A stretch of DNA of 64,000 nt, taken from contig NC_068992.1 of the NCBI RefSeq assembly GCF_001194135.2, positions 16,630,540 to 16,694,539 of the forward strand, read 5' to 3'. The stretch is from Octopus bimaculoides (lineage: Eukaryota). The position numbers were made by a program, and so were the translations under genes. Each line of letters starts with the position of its first letter. Position 1 is the stretch's first letter. Of this stretch, positions 1-12,552 are shown piece by piece. The notes beneath the pieces are model-generated. The model made no database searches, was not told the origin of the DNA, and worked only from the letters and a program-made list of their open reading frames with translations.

Positions 1-4
1 TATG

Positions 5-49
<45 letters not shown>

Positions 50-269
50 ATGTTTGTGTGTCTGTGTTTGTACCCCCAACATCGCTTGACAACCGATGCT
101 GTTTTGTTTATGTCCCCGTAACTTAGCGGTTCGGCAAGAGAGAACGATAGAATAAGTACTAGGCTTACAAAGAATAAGTTCTGGGGTCGATTTGCTCGAC
201 TAAAAGCGGTGCTCCAGCATGGCCACAGTCAAATGACTGAAACAAGCGAAAGAATAAAAGAGTAAAGAG
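1..269 (+). mobile_element. 3' half of SINE family B, preceded by its internal (TA)n(TG)n microsatellite (1-48)
   Basis: Ends ...GGTGCTCCAGCATGGCCACAGTCAAATGACTGAAACAAG plus a (TAAAAGA)-type tail; related 3' halves at 3310-3505, 8240-8292 and 36048-36230. Confidence 0.75.
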
Positions 270-1477
270 TATATATTTATTTATTTATGTATGTATGTAT
301 GTATGTATGTATAAAAAGTTTGAATCGAGGATCGTGTGTACTTCTCATTTTTCGTGTTATCATCGTAGTAGAAGAGGTTTGTCACCAGTCGACTAACTAG
401 CTCGAAATTCAACGCAACTGAGTATTCTAAACGTTCAACTGAGTGAAGTACACCTTCCGCATTTGAAATATATACATATATATACACATACCAATACATA
501 CTATCAGACACATGCGCACAAATACCAGTTCAGTACTTGGTTCGAAGCTATCAACCAACCGCCTTTCTGAAAGTGTCTGACGTGTTACCTAAATCAGAAA
601 TGTCTTTTGGAATTTTAGACGAAAATCAAGTTGTAGGTTGTAGAATCATACACAGAATGAAGTTTATATAGGTCGTCTTTTCTTTTGGTAGAATGAACCA
701 ACATATATCTATCGAGGGAATTGTTAAGCAATTTATATAATATCGGATTTGTTCCGACATGAAAAGCCACTAAGTGCGTGCAACACCATAACATTTGTAC
801 TGACACCACACCAAATCAATTGAAAATGCAAACAGAAAATGCAAACCAGAGGGCGAATTCACCTGAAACATACAACTTTACCAAGTGTGTCCTTATTCTT
901 TACATAGCTAAATCGACGGGTTCACTATGTAATTATTCTAAACGGCATTAAGAATATATTATAACCATTAAATGTGTGATGTTTATAATTTCAAGTAATT
1001 AACTCTGTATAATCACACGTATGAAATCACATAAACGCATAGCTAATTTCCAAATGTATTATACATGCAAGCAGAAACACCGCCCTATGGCGTGTTATCA
1101 GCTCCTCGCTAAATATTCACTCATTTGATTCCTAATTTAAGTAAGGTTTTAGATGTTACATCCAATTTCCCATTTCCTCTCTGATTCGTCTAATAGTACA
1201 CCACTCACTCAATCAAGATTTCTTTCGTTACTTCATCGTAATCTTAATCGCTTTCTTTTAAGCAAACACGAAGTTTGTTCGTCTACATGGTTATTTAGTT
1301 TGCTAGAAATAGCAAGAATCTTCAGGGTATATTCTATGACCTATAGCATGTCAAAGAGTCAGCATACGAAAAAATTCACGATTTTTTTCACATTATGCTG
1401 GTATCTTTGGAAAATTTCATTTAATTAAAAATACTAATTTAAGAAATTCCAGAATGGTTGATATTTTACGGTAACAT

Positions 1478-1572
1478 CACTGTGTGGTAAGAAGCTCGCT
1501 TTCCAGGCACATGGATCCGGGTTGCCTCCTACCGCATGGCACCTTGGGCAAGTATATTCTACTATAGACTCG
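1478..1572 (+). mobile_element. SINE family B head fragment (tRNA-derived)
   Basis: GTGTGGTAAGAAGC...GGCACCTTGGGCAAGTATATTCTACTATAG matches the reverse complement of heads at 4961-5121 and 38868-39030. Confidence 0.65.
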
Positions 1573-2497
1573 AATATATATATATGCATGCATAGGTATA
1601 AAACGGGTGCGCAGAACCGAACTCACTTCCATGCTTCTATAATCTATAATCTATACAGAAATGTGTATGCACATGTGTACATTAGGTGTGAAGATGTTTC
1701 CACCCAATTATTCATATATTAATCTCATCTTTGTGTGTATAGAACATATTTATTTTACGAAATTATTTTGGGAACGCAGCTATTTCAAATATGTTACTCA
1801 CTGTTTAGCTCTCATGCATGGTTATTAAATAAGAAATCCCATATTATTGTTTTGTTTTGTTTTATTATCTATCATTAATTTCGCGGTATTCAGGAATTCG
1901 TTTCATATATCTATCTTCGAAGTTTATATTTTTCAGCTTAAACTTCGGAAAGAAAAAAAGAAATTGTCGTAATTATTTTAAAACTTATTACATATAAAAT
2001 AATATAAATACTCGAATATATCTAACAGTTTATTTCTATTTTTTCGTATAGTTGACAGAAATCAATATTTAAATGTAAATAATGACACGTTTGCTTATGA
2101 CATTTCTATTCGCTAGACAGATTACACTTTTTTACGATCAGAATGACGGGATTAAATTCATAACTTCAATATTTCTATTTAATTAATCATTATATATATA
2201 TATATATATATATATNNNNNNNNNNNNNNNNNNNNNNNNNNNNNNNNNNNNNNNNNNNNNNNNNNNNNNNNNNNNNNNNNNNNNNNNNNNNNNNNNNNNN
2301 NNNNNNNNNNNNNNNNNNNNNNNNNNNNNNNNNNNNNNNNNNNNNNNNNNNNNNNNNNNNNNNNNNNNNNNNNNNNNNNNNNNNNNNNNNNNNNNNNNNN
2401 NNNNNNNNNNNNNNNNNNNNNNNNNNNNNNNNNNNNNNNNNNNNNNNNNNNNNNNNNNNNNNNNNNNNNNNNNNNNNNNNNNNNNNNNNNNNNNNNN

Positions 2498-2552
<55 letters not shown>

Positions 2553-3309
2553 GAGAGAAAAAGATGAGTCTAGAAATATATGTTCTTTTTTTTACGTGAG
2601 TATTTATGATAAATATTTTACAGATATTGCCACAGCCATTTTTGTGTATTTATGAACGCTACAGAATGTTACATTGAATGATTCAATGTAATTGTACTAT
2701 ACGTTTACTCTAACTTAAAACTCTCTTCACGTTTGTTGAAAAGAGGGAATAAAACATGCTTGTATGCATAACGAAATGATGTGCAGCAACGATATGTTGA
2801 CAATTTATGTTATTTTGGCTATCGTCATGCACTTCAACGATCTACAAAAATTGTACAGCGCAATTCCAGATATACACTTCAAAGAAATATCGAACACTCC
2901 AAAAATATAGTCGCATTTTAAAGCAAGTGCTTATAGTTTGTGAGCATTGTACATCCGACTCCTTTCATTGGTGAGAACGCTCTTTGATATTTGAGTAATA
3001 ATTGTTACTGTTTGGTTCAGGGTTTGTTAGCAAGGTAGTTTGTACAGTTCTATGGTATGTCGGGTCTGTCAGTGATATTCCAAATTATAACACGGCATAC
3101 GAATTCATTATTCGAGAGTTTCTAGTGCTACCGTTATCATAATATAAAACGTCCATTATTTCTGAAATTGTATATGTAGAGAGATTTAAGAAAGGGACTA
3201 CTGAAAGTGTTCATGGGTATGTTCGTTATGAATTGTAGATTCAGTGTAGGTGAAACTAGGCTGCATTCGTCTTTATACAATCTAAGCACTTATGGATTTT
3301 GCCTATCTT

Positions 3310-3680
3310 ATTTCTTTCAAAATATTCCAGTCATTGCACGGCTGCTACGCTGGGGCACGATGTTGAAAAGTTTAGTCGAAGAATTCAATCCTGTTGCTTA
3401 ATTTTTTAAACTTGGAACGTATTCTATCCTTCTCTTTTGACGAAACCAAAAATTACTGAAACACTAATGCCGGTCCTCAAACGGTGCTGAGACACAAACA
3501 TAAATAATGGAATACACATAGATACACACACACACACGATGGGCTTCTTTACGTAACCGTTCACCAGATCTACTTCATGGTTTTCCCGACCCTATAGAAG
3601 ATACGTGTTCAAGAGACCAAGCAATGGGACTGAATCCAAAACTATATTGTTGGGAAGCATTCTTCTTCCATCACACAGTC
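3310..3680 (-). mobile_element. Degenerate full-length SINE family B (head, short (TG)n, 3' half)
   Basis: Reverse complement shows the head (3680-3540), an internal microsatellite (about 3525) and a 3' half similar to 49-269. Confidence 0.6.
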
Positions 3681-4960
3681 TACCGAGTCGTTCTTTGGCA
3701 GCGCAACAATATTAAGTTGGCTGTATTAGTTAAACGCTTATAATCATACCGAACTCAAATATTCAAGTCGACGCCTCCTTAATCTAGCAATGTTACGACA
3801 TTTTTGGTTAAATGAGATAGGTAAAATTCATGTTTGAAGAAAGCACGAAGCTGTGCACAAGTGAACATAAGAAGTGCGCTAATGAGAGATAATCACACAA
3901 ATTCCGTCTTGTCTTCAGTCTGGACGCTGAACATGACGATTACTTCAATTTTAACTATTATTAACTGTTTTATTTTAACATTGAATATTTGGAGTTCAGA
4001 ATGACACTTATATCTAGATTGGAGGATCGAATGATATCCTTTCAAATTTCCAACCATTTCATGCAGAATCGCATAGATTGATAAGCACAGAGACCAGAAT
4101 GTTGACCTTGGTTGAAACTAATATATTTATTTATTTATCTCACTCATATATATATATATATATATATATATANNNNNNNNNNNNNNNNNNNNNNNNNNNN
4201 NNNNNNNNNNNNNNNNNNNNNNNNNNNNNNNNNNNNNNNNNNNNNNNNNNNNNNNNNNNNNNNNNNNNNNNNNNNNNNNNNNNNNNNNNNNNNNNNNNNN
4301 NNNNNNNNNNNNNNNNNNNNNNNNNNNNNNNNNNNNNNNNNNNNNNNNNNNNNNNNNNNNNNNATATATATATATATATATATAAAACGTCCTTTATTTC
4401 TGAAACTGTATATGTAGAGAGATTTAAGAAAAGGACTATATATATATTCTCCTCTATCAATTCAGGGACGATACAACGTGTTGCCAGTGCATTAATAAAA
4501 GTCATTCTTCCACAAAAAATATAAAGCCGGTTCGAATGTATCCACCACAAATGACACTACCACCAGGGCCTTAGAATAACACACACGCAAATATTAGAAA
4601 ACGATATATTCAAAACAATCTCTTCACATAAATTTATTCAGAACAATTCCAATCACCAGCTACAGCGGGTCAATTTTAGGTCACGACCATTTAAGAGGAT
4701 TGCACCAACATCCAGTTACTATCATACCACTCCCGCATTCTTCTTTTACTTGAGATACTCGTCTTGTTTTGGTGCTTGTTGTCCTGTTTCCTCTAATATA
4801 TACCTGCTAACTTGGAAGCCTACTGCAGCCCCCTAGCCGTAGCCCCAACTGTGAACTTGGAACCTAACAGATGATCAATAACAGAAATTTCATAGCGTAC
4901 GTATTCGTTTAGATTACCAGTAAACTAAATCCCTCATAGTCTTTAAATATATATATATAT

Positions 4961-5121
4961 AAGACGGGATTCTCTCAGTTTCTGTCTATGAAATCCTCTC
5001 ACAAGACTTTGGTCTGACTCAGACTATAGTAAAAGACACCACCCCAAGGTGCCACGCAGTGGGGTTGAACTTAAACCATGTGGTTGGAAAGCAAGCAAAC
5101 TGCTTACCACGCAGCCGCGCC
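4961..5121 (-). mobile_element. SINE family B head
   Basis: Contains ...CCAAGGTGCCACGCAGTGGGGTTGAAC...CCATGTGGTTGGAAAGCAAG, as in the other B heads; flanked by (TA)n and (TG)n. Confidence 0.7.
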
Positions 5122-6359
5122 GTGTGTGTGTTTGTTTGTTTGTGTGTGTGTGCATGTGTGTGAGTGTGTGTGTTTGTGTGTGCGTTTGTATTCATGTGTG
5201 TGTATACGTGCGATCGTTGATTCTGTTAAGAATTTCCATCTCCATTGATAACTTTGTTTGAATCTATCAGAATATCGTAAATTTTAACAAGTTTCATCAA
5301 TAGAAAATCTCTTTTAGCAAGAATTGCAAGTCCATTTTCTCAGCAAACGGAGGCTGTATATTCTGTGGTCTGTGAAATGAGTGTGAAAACATGTCTACGT
5401 AAAACAGCAATCAATTATTATTGTTAAGTTCATTTCCCGAAACTAATTCGCTGTTGAAAATTAATTAGCTGTAGAAATTTGCTGGTTGTAGAGAAAATAA
5501 GCAGATAACACATCATTAGCAGGACAATGTTTGAGAGTTTCTCTAAAGTCAATTAAATCGACACGAACCTAATTTCCTGGTACATGTAATATATTCATCG
5601 AATTATTTTATTATCGTATCAATTCTTACACATTATACGTGGATACAAGTTTGCTAGATCTCTGTATTGTACATGAGGAAAGTACGAAAAATTATAAATT
5701 TACTATAAAAATTACCATCACGTAATTTTTTAGGGTTTTTAGAAGGAATGATGTGTTCCGTGAGAGAAAACATGAATAAACGGAAGTGTACGATGTATTC
5801 TTTTTTTTAGAACAGTCATTTTGGGTCTATCCATATTTTGGGCATAACGTTATCCCCTCCCCTTTACTATAGTAATCACTGCTGGACATGAGCATTCCTC
5901 CTCTAAGTAAACAATTATCTATACTATGTGATATACATGAAAATGTGCTTGGTGGAGAATAAAAGCGATAATAAGGATGAGTGATTTTTGTGGAAGGGAG
6001 GAAGGGAATTATGTTTTAAATATATTCTTGCAGACCTCCACTAAAAACACTCAAGAACGTGTACTTGCTTCAGCCTCAAAAGGAGTGGTCTTCTATCCAC
6101 GTGTGTTTGAGAGTATTACTGACCAAATTTCAGTTACTTGTCTTTGGTAGATACGGAAAACATTGCATCGGTGCTAGTACCAAAGAAATGAGAAGCGTGC
6201 ATCTTTTCAGCACAACAATAGCCGAACCCTCTTGGAATAGATGTATACACACACATACACACACACAGCTATATATATATATATNNNNNNNNNNNNNNNN
6301 NNNNNNNNNNNNNNNNNNNNNNNNNNNNNNNNNNNNNNNNNNNNNNNNNNNNNNNNNNN

Positions 6360-6452
<93 letters not shown>
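6360..6452. repeat. Compound (GA)n(GATA)n microsatellite
   Basis: Read directly from sequence. Confidence 0.95.
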
Positions 6453-7288
6453 TATTGGGTTGGTGGATAATTATTAAAGCTTTTTTTCAACAAAAACAAT
6501 AACAATATTTAACAGAAACATCTTTAAATGACGGTCTCATCGTCAGTCAAGCAAATGGGAAGCAGTAATTGAAATAGGTGGTGAGAATGGTCTCAAATAA
6601 TCATTTAAAGTTGTTTTTGTTATATTTGTATCTCTCTCTCATGATACTTGTTTGTGTATATATATAATCTTACGATGTAAGATAAGTTCATGATTTACAT
6701 CGTATATATGTGCATATTTTCCATATATAAAGGCACATTAACATACACACACACATACACATACATATATCTGTGTGTGTGTGTGTGTGTGTGTAAATAC
6801 GTGTGCGTGTGTGTGTCTGTAGAGCCGGTTAAGGATATGTACATTATCGTTTCACATAACAGGGCTAATTCACAAAGGGAGAAACCTATCAGCTCCAAGT
6901 TTCGTACCGGCAGTAAATCAAAGCATGTGCTAATTTATTTTAGGCTACTCTATCGTTCATCAATCAACATATATTTATATTTTGGACAAAACAGATCGTA
7001 TAACTATGCAGTACACTAGCAACAGAGGGATTATAAAGATTAGGATTTAGAGAACGTCAAGTCAGGGATATTAATAGCTTTCCCGTAAAATGAAAAGTCC
7101 GGATTATTTTCTTATAACAAGATATGTATTTCTGCATAATCCAACATAAGTAATGTTTAAGGTTTCTTTATTTCTGGGGTTGTATGTGGATATGTACGGC
7201 AGTATTTTCGGGAAAGGCTTGTAACAGTGTTGAACTTTTCTTAAGGTTTCTATGACGATTTGTGTTGCACGTCTGATTCTATCCTCTT

Positions 7289-7588
7289 TTCAAAGAGGGA
7301 CAAAAATTCAAACTCGAATCTGACATTACTTGTGCCTTAGAAAATCTGATTTCTCTTATAAGATGCTCGGGCTGCTACCAAAACTACATAGGGTCCATTC
7401 TGCATCGACAGCAGATTGCATTCTTAGAATACAGAATGATACCCTTTAGTGAACACCCTGTGAAATGCGCAAAGCAACTACTACCACAACTTGTAATCGT
7501 TCCATTCGGTCAATGTACCATTAGAACACCAACACAAGTTAGATTAAATAAGGAAACCTACTTCATTGAAAAATATAACCATTTCTAG
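7289..7588 (+). pseudogene. Penelope-like element GIY-YIG endonuclease fragment
   Basis: Stop-free frame without ATG: FKEGQKFKLESDITCALENLISLIRCSGCYQNYIGSILHRQQIAFLEYRMIPFSEHPVKCAK...RLNKETYFIEKY. It shows the PLE pattern TC..NLIY.I.CxxC...YIG, then H...SEH and E..FI. Confidence 0.75.
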
Positions 7589-8239
7589 CAATTTTAAATA
7601 AGGAAACTTACCTCAATGGAAACAATATAAAGCAAAACTTAACGACCTATAACATTCTATTATTTCTAAACTAAATCATGCTAAATTAATAAAACCTAGT
7701 CATTCCCAACGTTTTTTATTATCTCCCTTATAGCGAAAAATCCCTGATTACATTCCCTTGTCTGGAAATCTCATACTTCACTTCATAGCGAAGAGATGAC
7801 ACAATATTGGTAAAGAAGTTTGAAAAATTTGAAAAGAAAATACGAAACCGGTTATTTCTCCAAAAACAACGTTACTTTTCACAAAATTTTACATTTTCCT
7901 AATATAACGATTTAAATCTATTCTTTAACCATATAACACAAGTCTTCTGTAGTTTTTTCACTCTATTTTGTCTTATATGTATCAATTTCCGTAAGTTTTG
8001 TAACTATTAGATTTACATACCGACCCTAAAATATCCATAATCCAGCAAAGTGCACCCGGAAATTCCATCAGAAGAGGTATAGTGGGATTGCTTTCCCTAA
8101 GCAATCCTTGATGCTTCTTACTACTTCATGTGGTAAACAGGAACCCGAAATTCACCTGAAAGCTCTCACAGTATTTGCCTGGACAATTCATCCAGATAGA
8201 ATAGTCATATTAAATTCCTTATATATACATATATAAATA

Positions 8240-8289
8240 TGCCCCAGCATGGCCGCATCCTCAAGGCGGAAACATATAAAAGAATAAAA

Positions 8290-8340
<51 letters not shown>
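8240..8340 (+). mobile_element. SINE family B 3' terminus followed by (TA)n
   Basis: GCCCCAGCATGGCCGCA...GAAACATATAAAAGAATAAAAGAA, similar to 211-269. Confidence 0.55.
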
Positions 8341-8343
<3 letters not shown>

Positions 8344-8765
8344 TGATAAGAATAATAAGCATATTCAGAAAAATGATGGAACTGTAACTATATTTACACG
8401 AGAAAGTTTTAAGATACCCCAAGGAAATGAAATGAATTGGAAGGCTTCCTATAACTGTATGTACACAAACGAATAAAGAATTCCATCTGCTGACTAACCG
8501 TAATGTTATAACCAATGTACTATTCCGTAAGCTACCAAAAATAATTAAATAAACGACAAATTATGTCATGAATTTCATTAGCTTACAACAATTTCTCCTA
8601 TAAGATGCAATGCTCGTATAATTAACTGCTTCTAAATCTCCCTATAACATCCACGCAGCATCGGATATGGAATCATATGCATATGGAGTTGTAACAGCAG
8701 ATTGTTGTTGTCGCTACGCCTATGCAAATCAATAATAATAATGATAATAATAATAATAATAATAA

Positions 8766-9046
8766 GCGGCGAAAGAATTTGACAAGATCAGTAAATATAA
8801 AGACTTTCTAATAGAAATTGAAAAAATGTGGCACCTGAAGGCGACTACCATACCAGTGATTGTAGGATCTCTAGGAATGATAAAAAGGGTACTGAAATCT
8901 ATTTGAAAATGATACCAGGCTTACCATCTCTACAGGAGGTGCAAAAAATCGTGTTAACTGGAACGACTCATGTACTAAGAAGAGCATTATTGCTGTGAAA
9001 ACAACATCCATCCATGATTTTTTTTTTCTTAAATACATGTTTTACC
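8766..9046 (+). mobile_element. R4/Dong-clade LINE, 5'-truncated RLE C-terminus
   Basis: AKEFDKISKYKDFLIEIEKMWHLKATTIPVIVGSLGMIK, one frameshift, then GTEIYLKMIPGLPSLQEVQKIVLTGTTHVLRRALLL* (stop 8996-8998). Starts immediately after (TAA)n at 8733-8765. Confidence 0.8.
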
Positions 9047-9382
9047 NNNNNNNNNNNNNNNNNNNNNNNNNNNNNNNNNNNNNNNNNNNNNNNNNNNNNN
9101 NNNNNNNNNNNNNNNNNNNNNNNNNNNNNNNNNNNNNNNNNNNNNNNNNNNNNNNNNNNNNNNNNNNNNNNNNNNNNNNNNNNNNNNNNNNNNNNNNNNN
9201 NNNNNNNNNNNNNNNNNNNNNNNNNNNNNNNNNNNNNNNNNNNNNNNNNNNNNNNNNNNNNNNNNNNNNNNNNNNNNNNNNNNNNNNNNNNNNNNNNNNN
9301 NNNNNNNNNNNNNNNNNNNNNNNNNNNNNNNNNNNNNNNNNNNNNNNNNNNNNNNNNNNNNNNNNNNNNNNNNNNNNNNNNN

Positions 9383-9530
9383 CTTGGGTATGTGCTGTGG
9401 TTTGCTGTGGGGAAACATAAGAGCACCACAGCAAACCACAGCACATACCCAAGGCGCACAGAGCTGCGCTCGGTAGTGAAGTGAAAGCACGTTATAAAAA
9501 TAAAACTACCGAACAATAATAATAATAATA
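9383..9530 (+). mobile_element. Dong-type LINE 3' UTR with (TAA)n tail
   Basis: About 100 bp nearly identical to the reverse complement of 48351-48446, which is linked across a gap to an RLE ORF. It may not belong to the same element as 8766-9046. Confidence 0.7.
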
Positions 9531-10926
9531 GATTTCCACAAATGTGCACAGTTTCTCTTCCTTATCCTAAATAATATCAGATCTGTTGTGCTTACATTTT
9601 ATTGGGGTCTTCACTGGTATATTCCATGAGTATTCCATTTTATTATGAGTTTCTATGGCTTCTACCACATTGCGGCTTCTTATTTTTTTGGCCTCGGGAT
9701 TATACTTCCGACGGATTTCAATATAGAGTGCCCTATCTACAACATGATGCCTCATCGGTAGATAATACCGTGATGACGTTTTGGGACAGCTGCTTATGAT
9801 GTGGATGACATCTTCAGTGTGAACTTCACAAAGTCTGCATCGGTTGTCACATTTTACTGCTTTTCCTGCATCTCTATCCCTTTTGTGCATCAGGTAGTTG
9901 GTTGATATTTCCTGTTTCTGGATTGCAAATGCATACCCTTCAAAGTGGGAGGTAGTGATCCGGTTATTGGCCCATGATAAACTGCTTTGATTATCGATGT
10001 TACTATCATCACGGAGCATTCTATTAACACATCCATGCATAGTCTTCTGCTCATATAGGCTCATCCTTTCATCTGATGATACGTTGCGGTAGAGACGTGC
10101 GACTTCTTTGGGCAGGTATTTAAGGCTATCAAAGAAGGAACGTTGCTGAAGGAGCTGCCTTCCATGTTTTATGATGTTATCAGCCTCATGTATGGAAACT
10201 TCGTCAAGGGATGCACTTCGACGCTTGGTGATTAAAAGATCTTGTCGAGGGGATATAATGCGACATACAAAGGCATTTTGGATCGATGTTATGCTTCTGC
10301 CACCTTGTTTTCGTTTTAGGTAGAGGCAGTCACTATTTATGTAGAAATTATGTGTGCTTGTTAGTATTTTTCAGGTTTTCACATCAATGGCTCGGATCTC
10401 ATCAAGCGTCCAATCAAGCAACCCAAATGTTGGTATGAGTACTGGCACTGCCAACACATTATGAGCCACTATTTTATTGAATGCAGAGAGTTGTGAGATC
10501 CAAGATTCCTTTATTCGGCTGTAATATTCTTTAGTGACACGTGTTTTGTTTAAAGGTTCCATTGTAAGATATAATTTCATCCACCCCAAGATACCTGTAA
10601 CATTCCTCGTCAGATACAGGGAAAACAGTCAAATCATTGATCAAATTCTTACTAGTCTGGTTCATAGTTTTCTCCCTTTTCAGAACCATATACAACATTT
10701 ATCCTGACCGAACTCCAACCCTACATCCGTTGAGAATGTTGTAACTAGGTCAGGGTTCTTTTTCACCCCATGCATATTCTTTGCATAAACTCTTACGTCA
10801 TCCACAAAGAAATAGTATGTAATCTTGGTATTTCTGTTTCATTGTAAACCACTGAGATATACTTTAGACTTACTTAACATGAATGATAATGGTTTAACAC
10901 AGAGAAGCTGTCTTCTTGGAATATGC
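9531..10926 (-). mobile_element. R4/Dong-clade LINE pseudogene (RT, CCHC finger, RLE start)
   Basis: RT motifs IFQEDSFSV and YFFVDDVRVY; KEYYSRIK...HNVLAVPVLIPTFGLLDW; EGYAFAIQKQEI; zinc knuckle CRLCEVHTEDVIHIISSCP...RH; NRSDII (degenerate PD motif). Multiple stops and frameshifts. Confidence 0.85.
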
Positions 10927-11010
10927 GTTTGCAATACTGTATACTATCGGTGAAAATACAGTCGCTCTTTGTGTTTAATTTCGAGATGGTTGCCCTCTAC
11001 GAAGTCAGGT

Positions 11011-11150
11011 CATGTATGTATGTATGTATGTATGTATGTATGTATGTATGTATGTATGTATGTATGTATGTATATATGTATGTATGTATGTATATATGTA
11101 TGTATGTATGTGTGTGTGTATGTATGTATGTATGTATATATGTATGTATG

Positions 11151-11181
<31 letters not shown>

Positions 11182-11203
11182 ATATGTATGTATGTATATA
11201 TGT
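11011..11203. repeat. (TATG)n microsatellite running into a gap
   Basis: Read directly from sequence. Confidence 0.95.
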
Positions 11204-12552
11204 NNNNNNNNNNNNNNNNNNNNNNNNNNNNNNNNNNNNNNNNNNNNNNNNNNNNNNNNNNNNNNNNNNNNNNNNNNNNNNNNNNNNNNNNNNNNNNNNN
11301 NNNNNNNNNNNNNNNNNNNNNNNNNNNNNNNNNNNNNNNNNNNNNNNNNNNNNNNNNNNNNNNNNNNNNNNNNNNNNNNNNNNNNNNNNNNNNNNNNNNN
11401 NNNNNNNNNNNNNNNNNNNNNNNNNNNNNNNNNNNNNNNNNNNNNNNNNNNNNNNNNNNNNNNNNNNNNNNNNNNNNNNNNNNNNNNNNNNNNNNNNNNN
11501 NNNNNNNNNNNNNNNNNNNNNNNNNNNNNNNNNNNNNNNNNNNNNNNNNNNNNNNNNNNNNNNNNNNNNNNNNNNNNNNNNNNNNNNNNNNNNNNNNNNN
11601 NNNNNNNNNNNNNNNNNNNNNNNNNNNNNNNNNNNNNNNNNNNNNNNNNNNNNNNNNNNNNNNNNNNNNNNNNNNNNNNNNNNNNNNNNNNNNNNNNNNN
11701 NNNNNNNNNNNNNNNNNNNNNNNNNNNNNNNNNNNNNNNNNNNNNNNNNNNNNNNNNNNNNNNNNNNNNNNNNNNNNNNNNNNNNNNNNNNNNNNNNNNN
11801 NNNNNNNNNNNNNNNNNNNNNNNNNNNNNNNNNNNNNNNNNNNNNNNNNNNNNNNNNNNNNNNNNNNNNNNNNNNNNNNNNNNNNNNNNNNNNNNNNNNN
11901 NNNNNNNNNNNNNNNNNNNNTATACATCCATATTTTTGTCCTAATATTTACGCACACTAAGGCAGTGAGCTGGCAGAAACGATAGCACGTTAGCAAAGGT
12001 TAGTCCTTGTTTGTCCCCTCTGTGTGTAGCCCCTTGTGGGCAGTAAACAAATAAGGAACGTCAGCACGCCGGGCGAAATTCTTAGCGGTATTTCGTTTGC
12101 TACTACGTACTGAGTTCAAATTCCGCCGAGGTCGACTTTGCCTTTCATCCTNNNNNNNNNNATATATATATATATATATATACATACATATATACATATA
12201 TATATACACAATATAAATATATGTATGTATATATTTATATATAGAATATATATATGTACATATATGTATATATGTATAGATAGATATGCATACATGCCTA
12301 CATACGTATATACATACTGTAAGACAAAGTTATATTTATATAGTTATAAACATGCATGTATATCTTATTTTATATATGTATTTATATATATGTAAGTCTA
12401 TGGGTATGTGTGTGCGTGTTATTTTTCCAATGAAACCCCCACACATATATTCTATTTTACTCTCTTTATTGTTATTAGTCTACTTAGTGCATTCATACCA
12501 ATGTTCTCCTTATATACATCCATATTTTTGTCCTAATATTTACGCACACTAA

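Noticed and set aside
10923-11996. Long ORFs of 300+ aa here and at other gaps (e.g. 46754-47601, 62183-63126)
   Set aside because: They read through N runs and microsatellites; not coding evidence.
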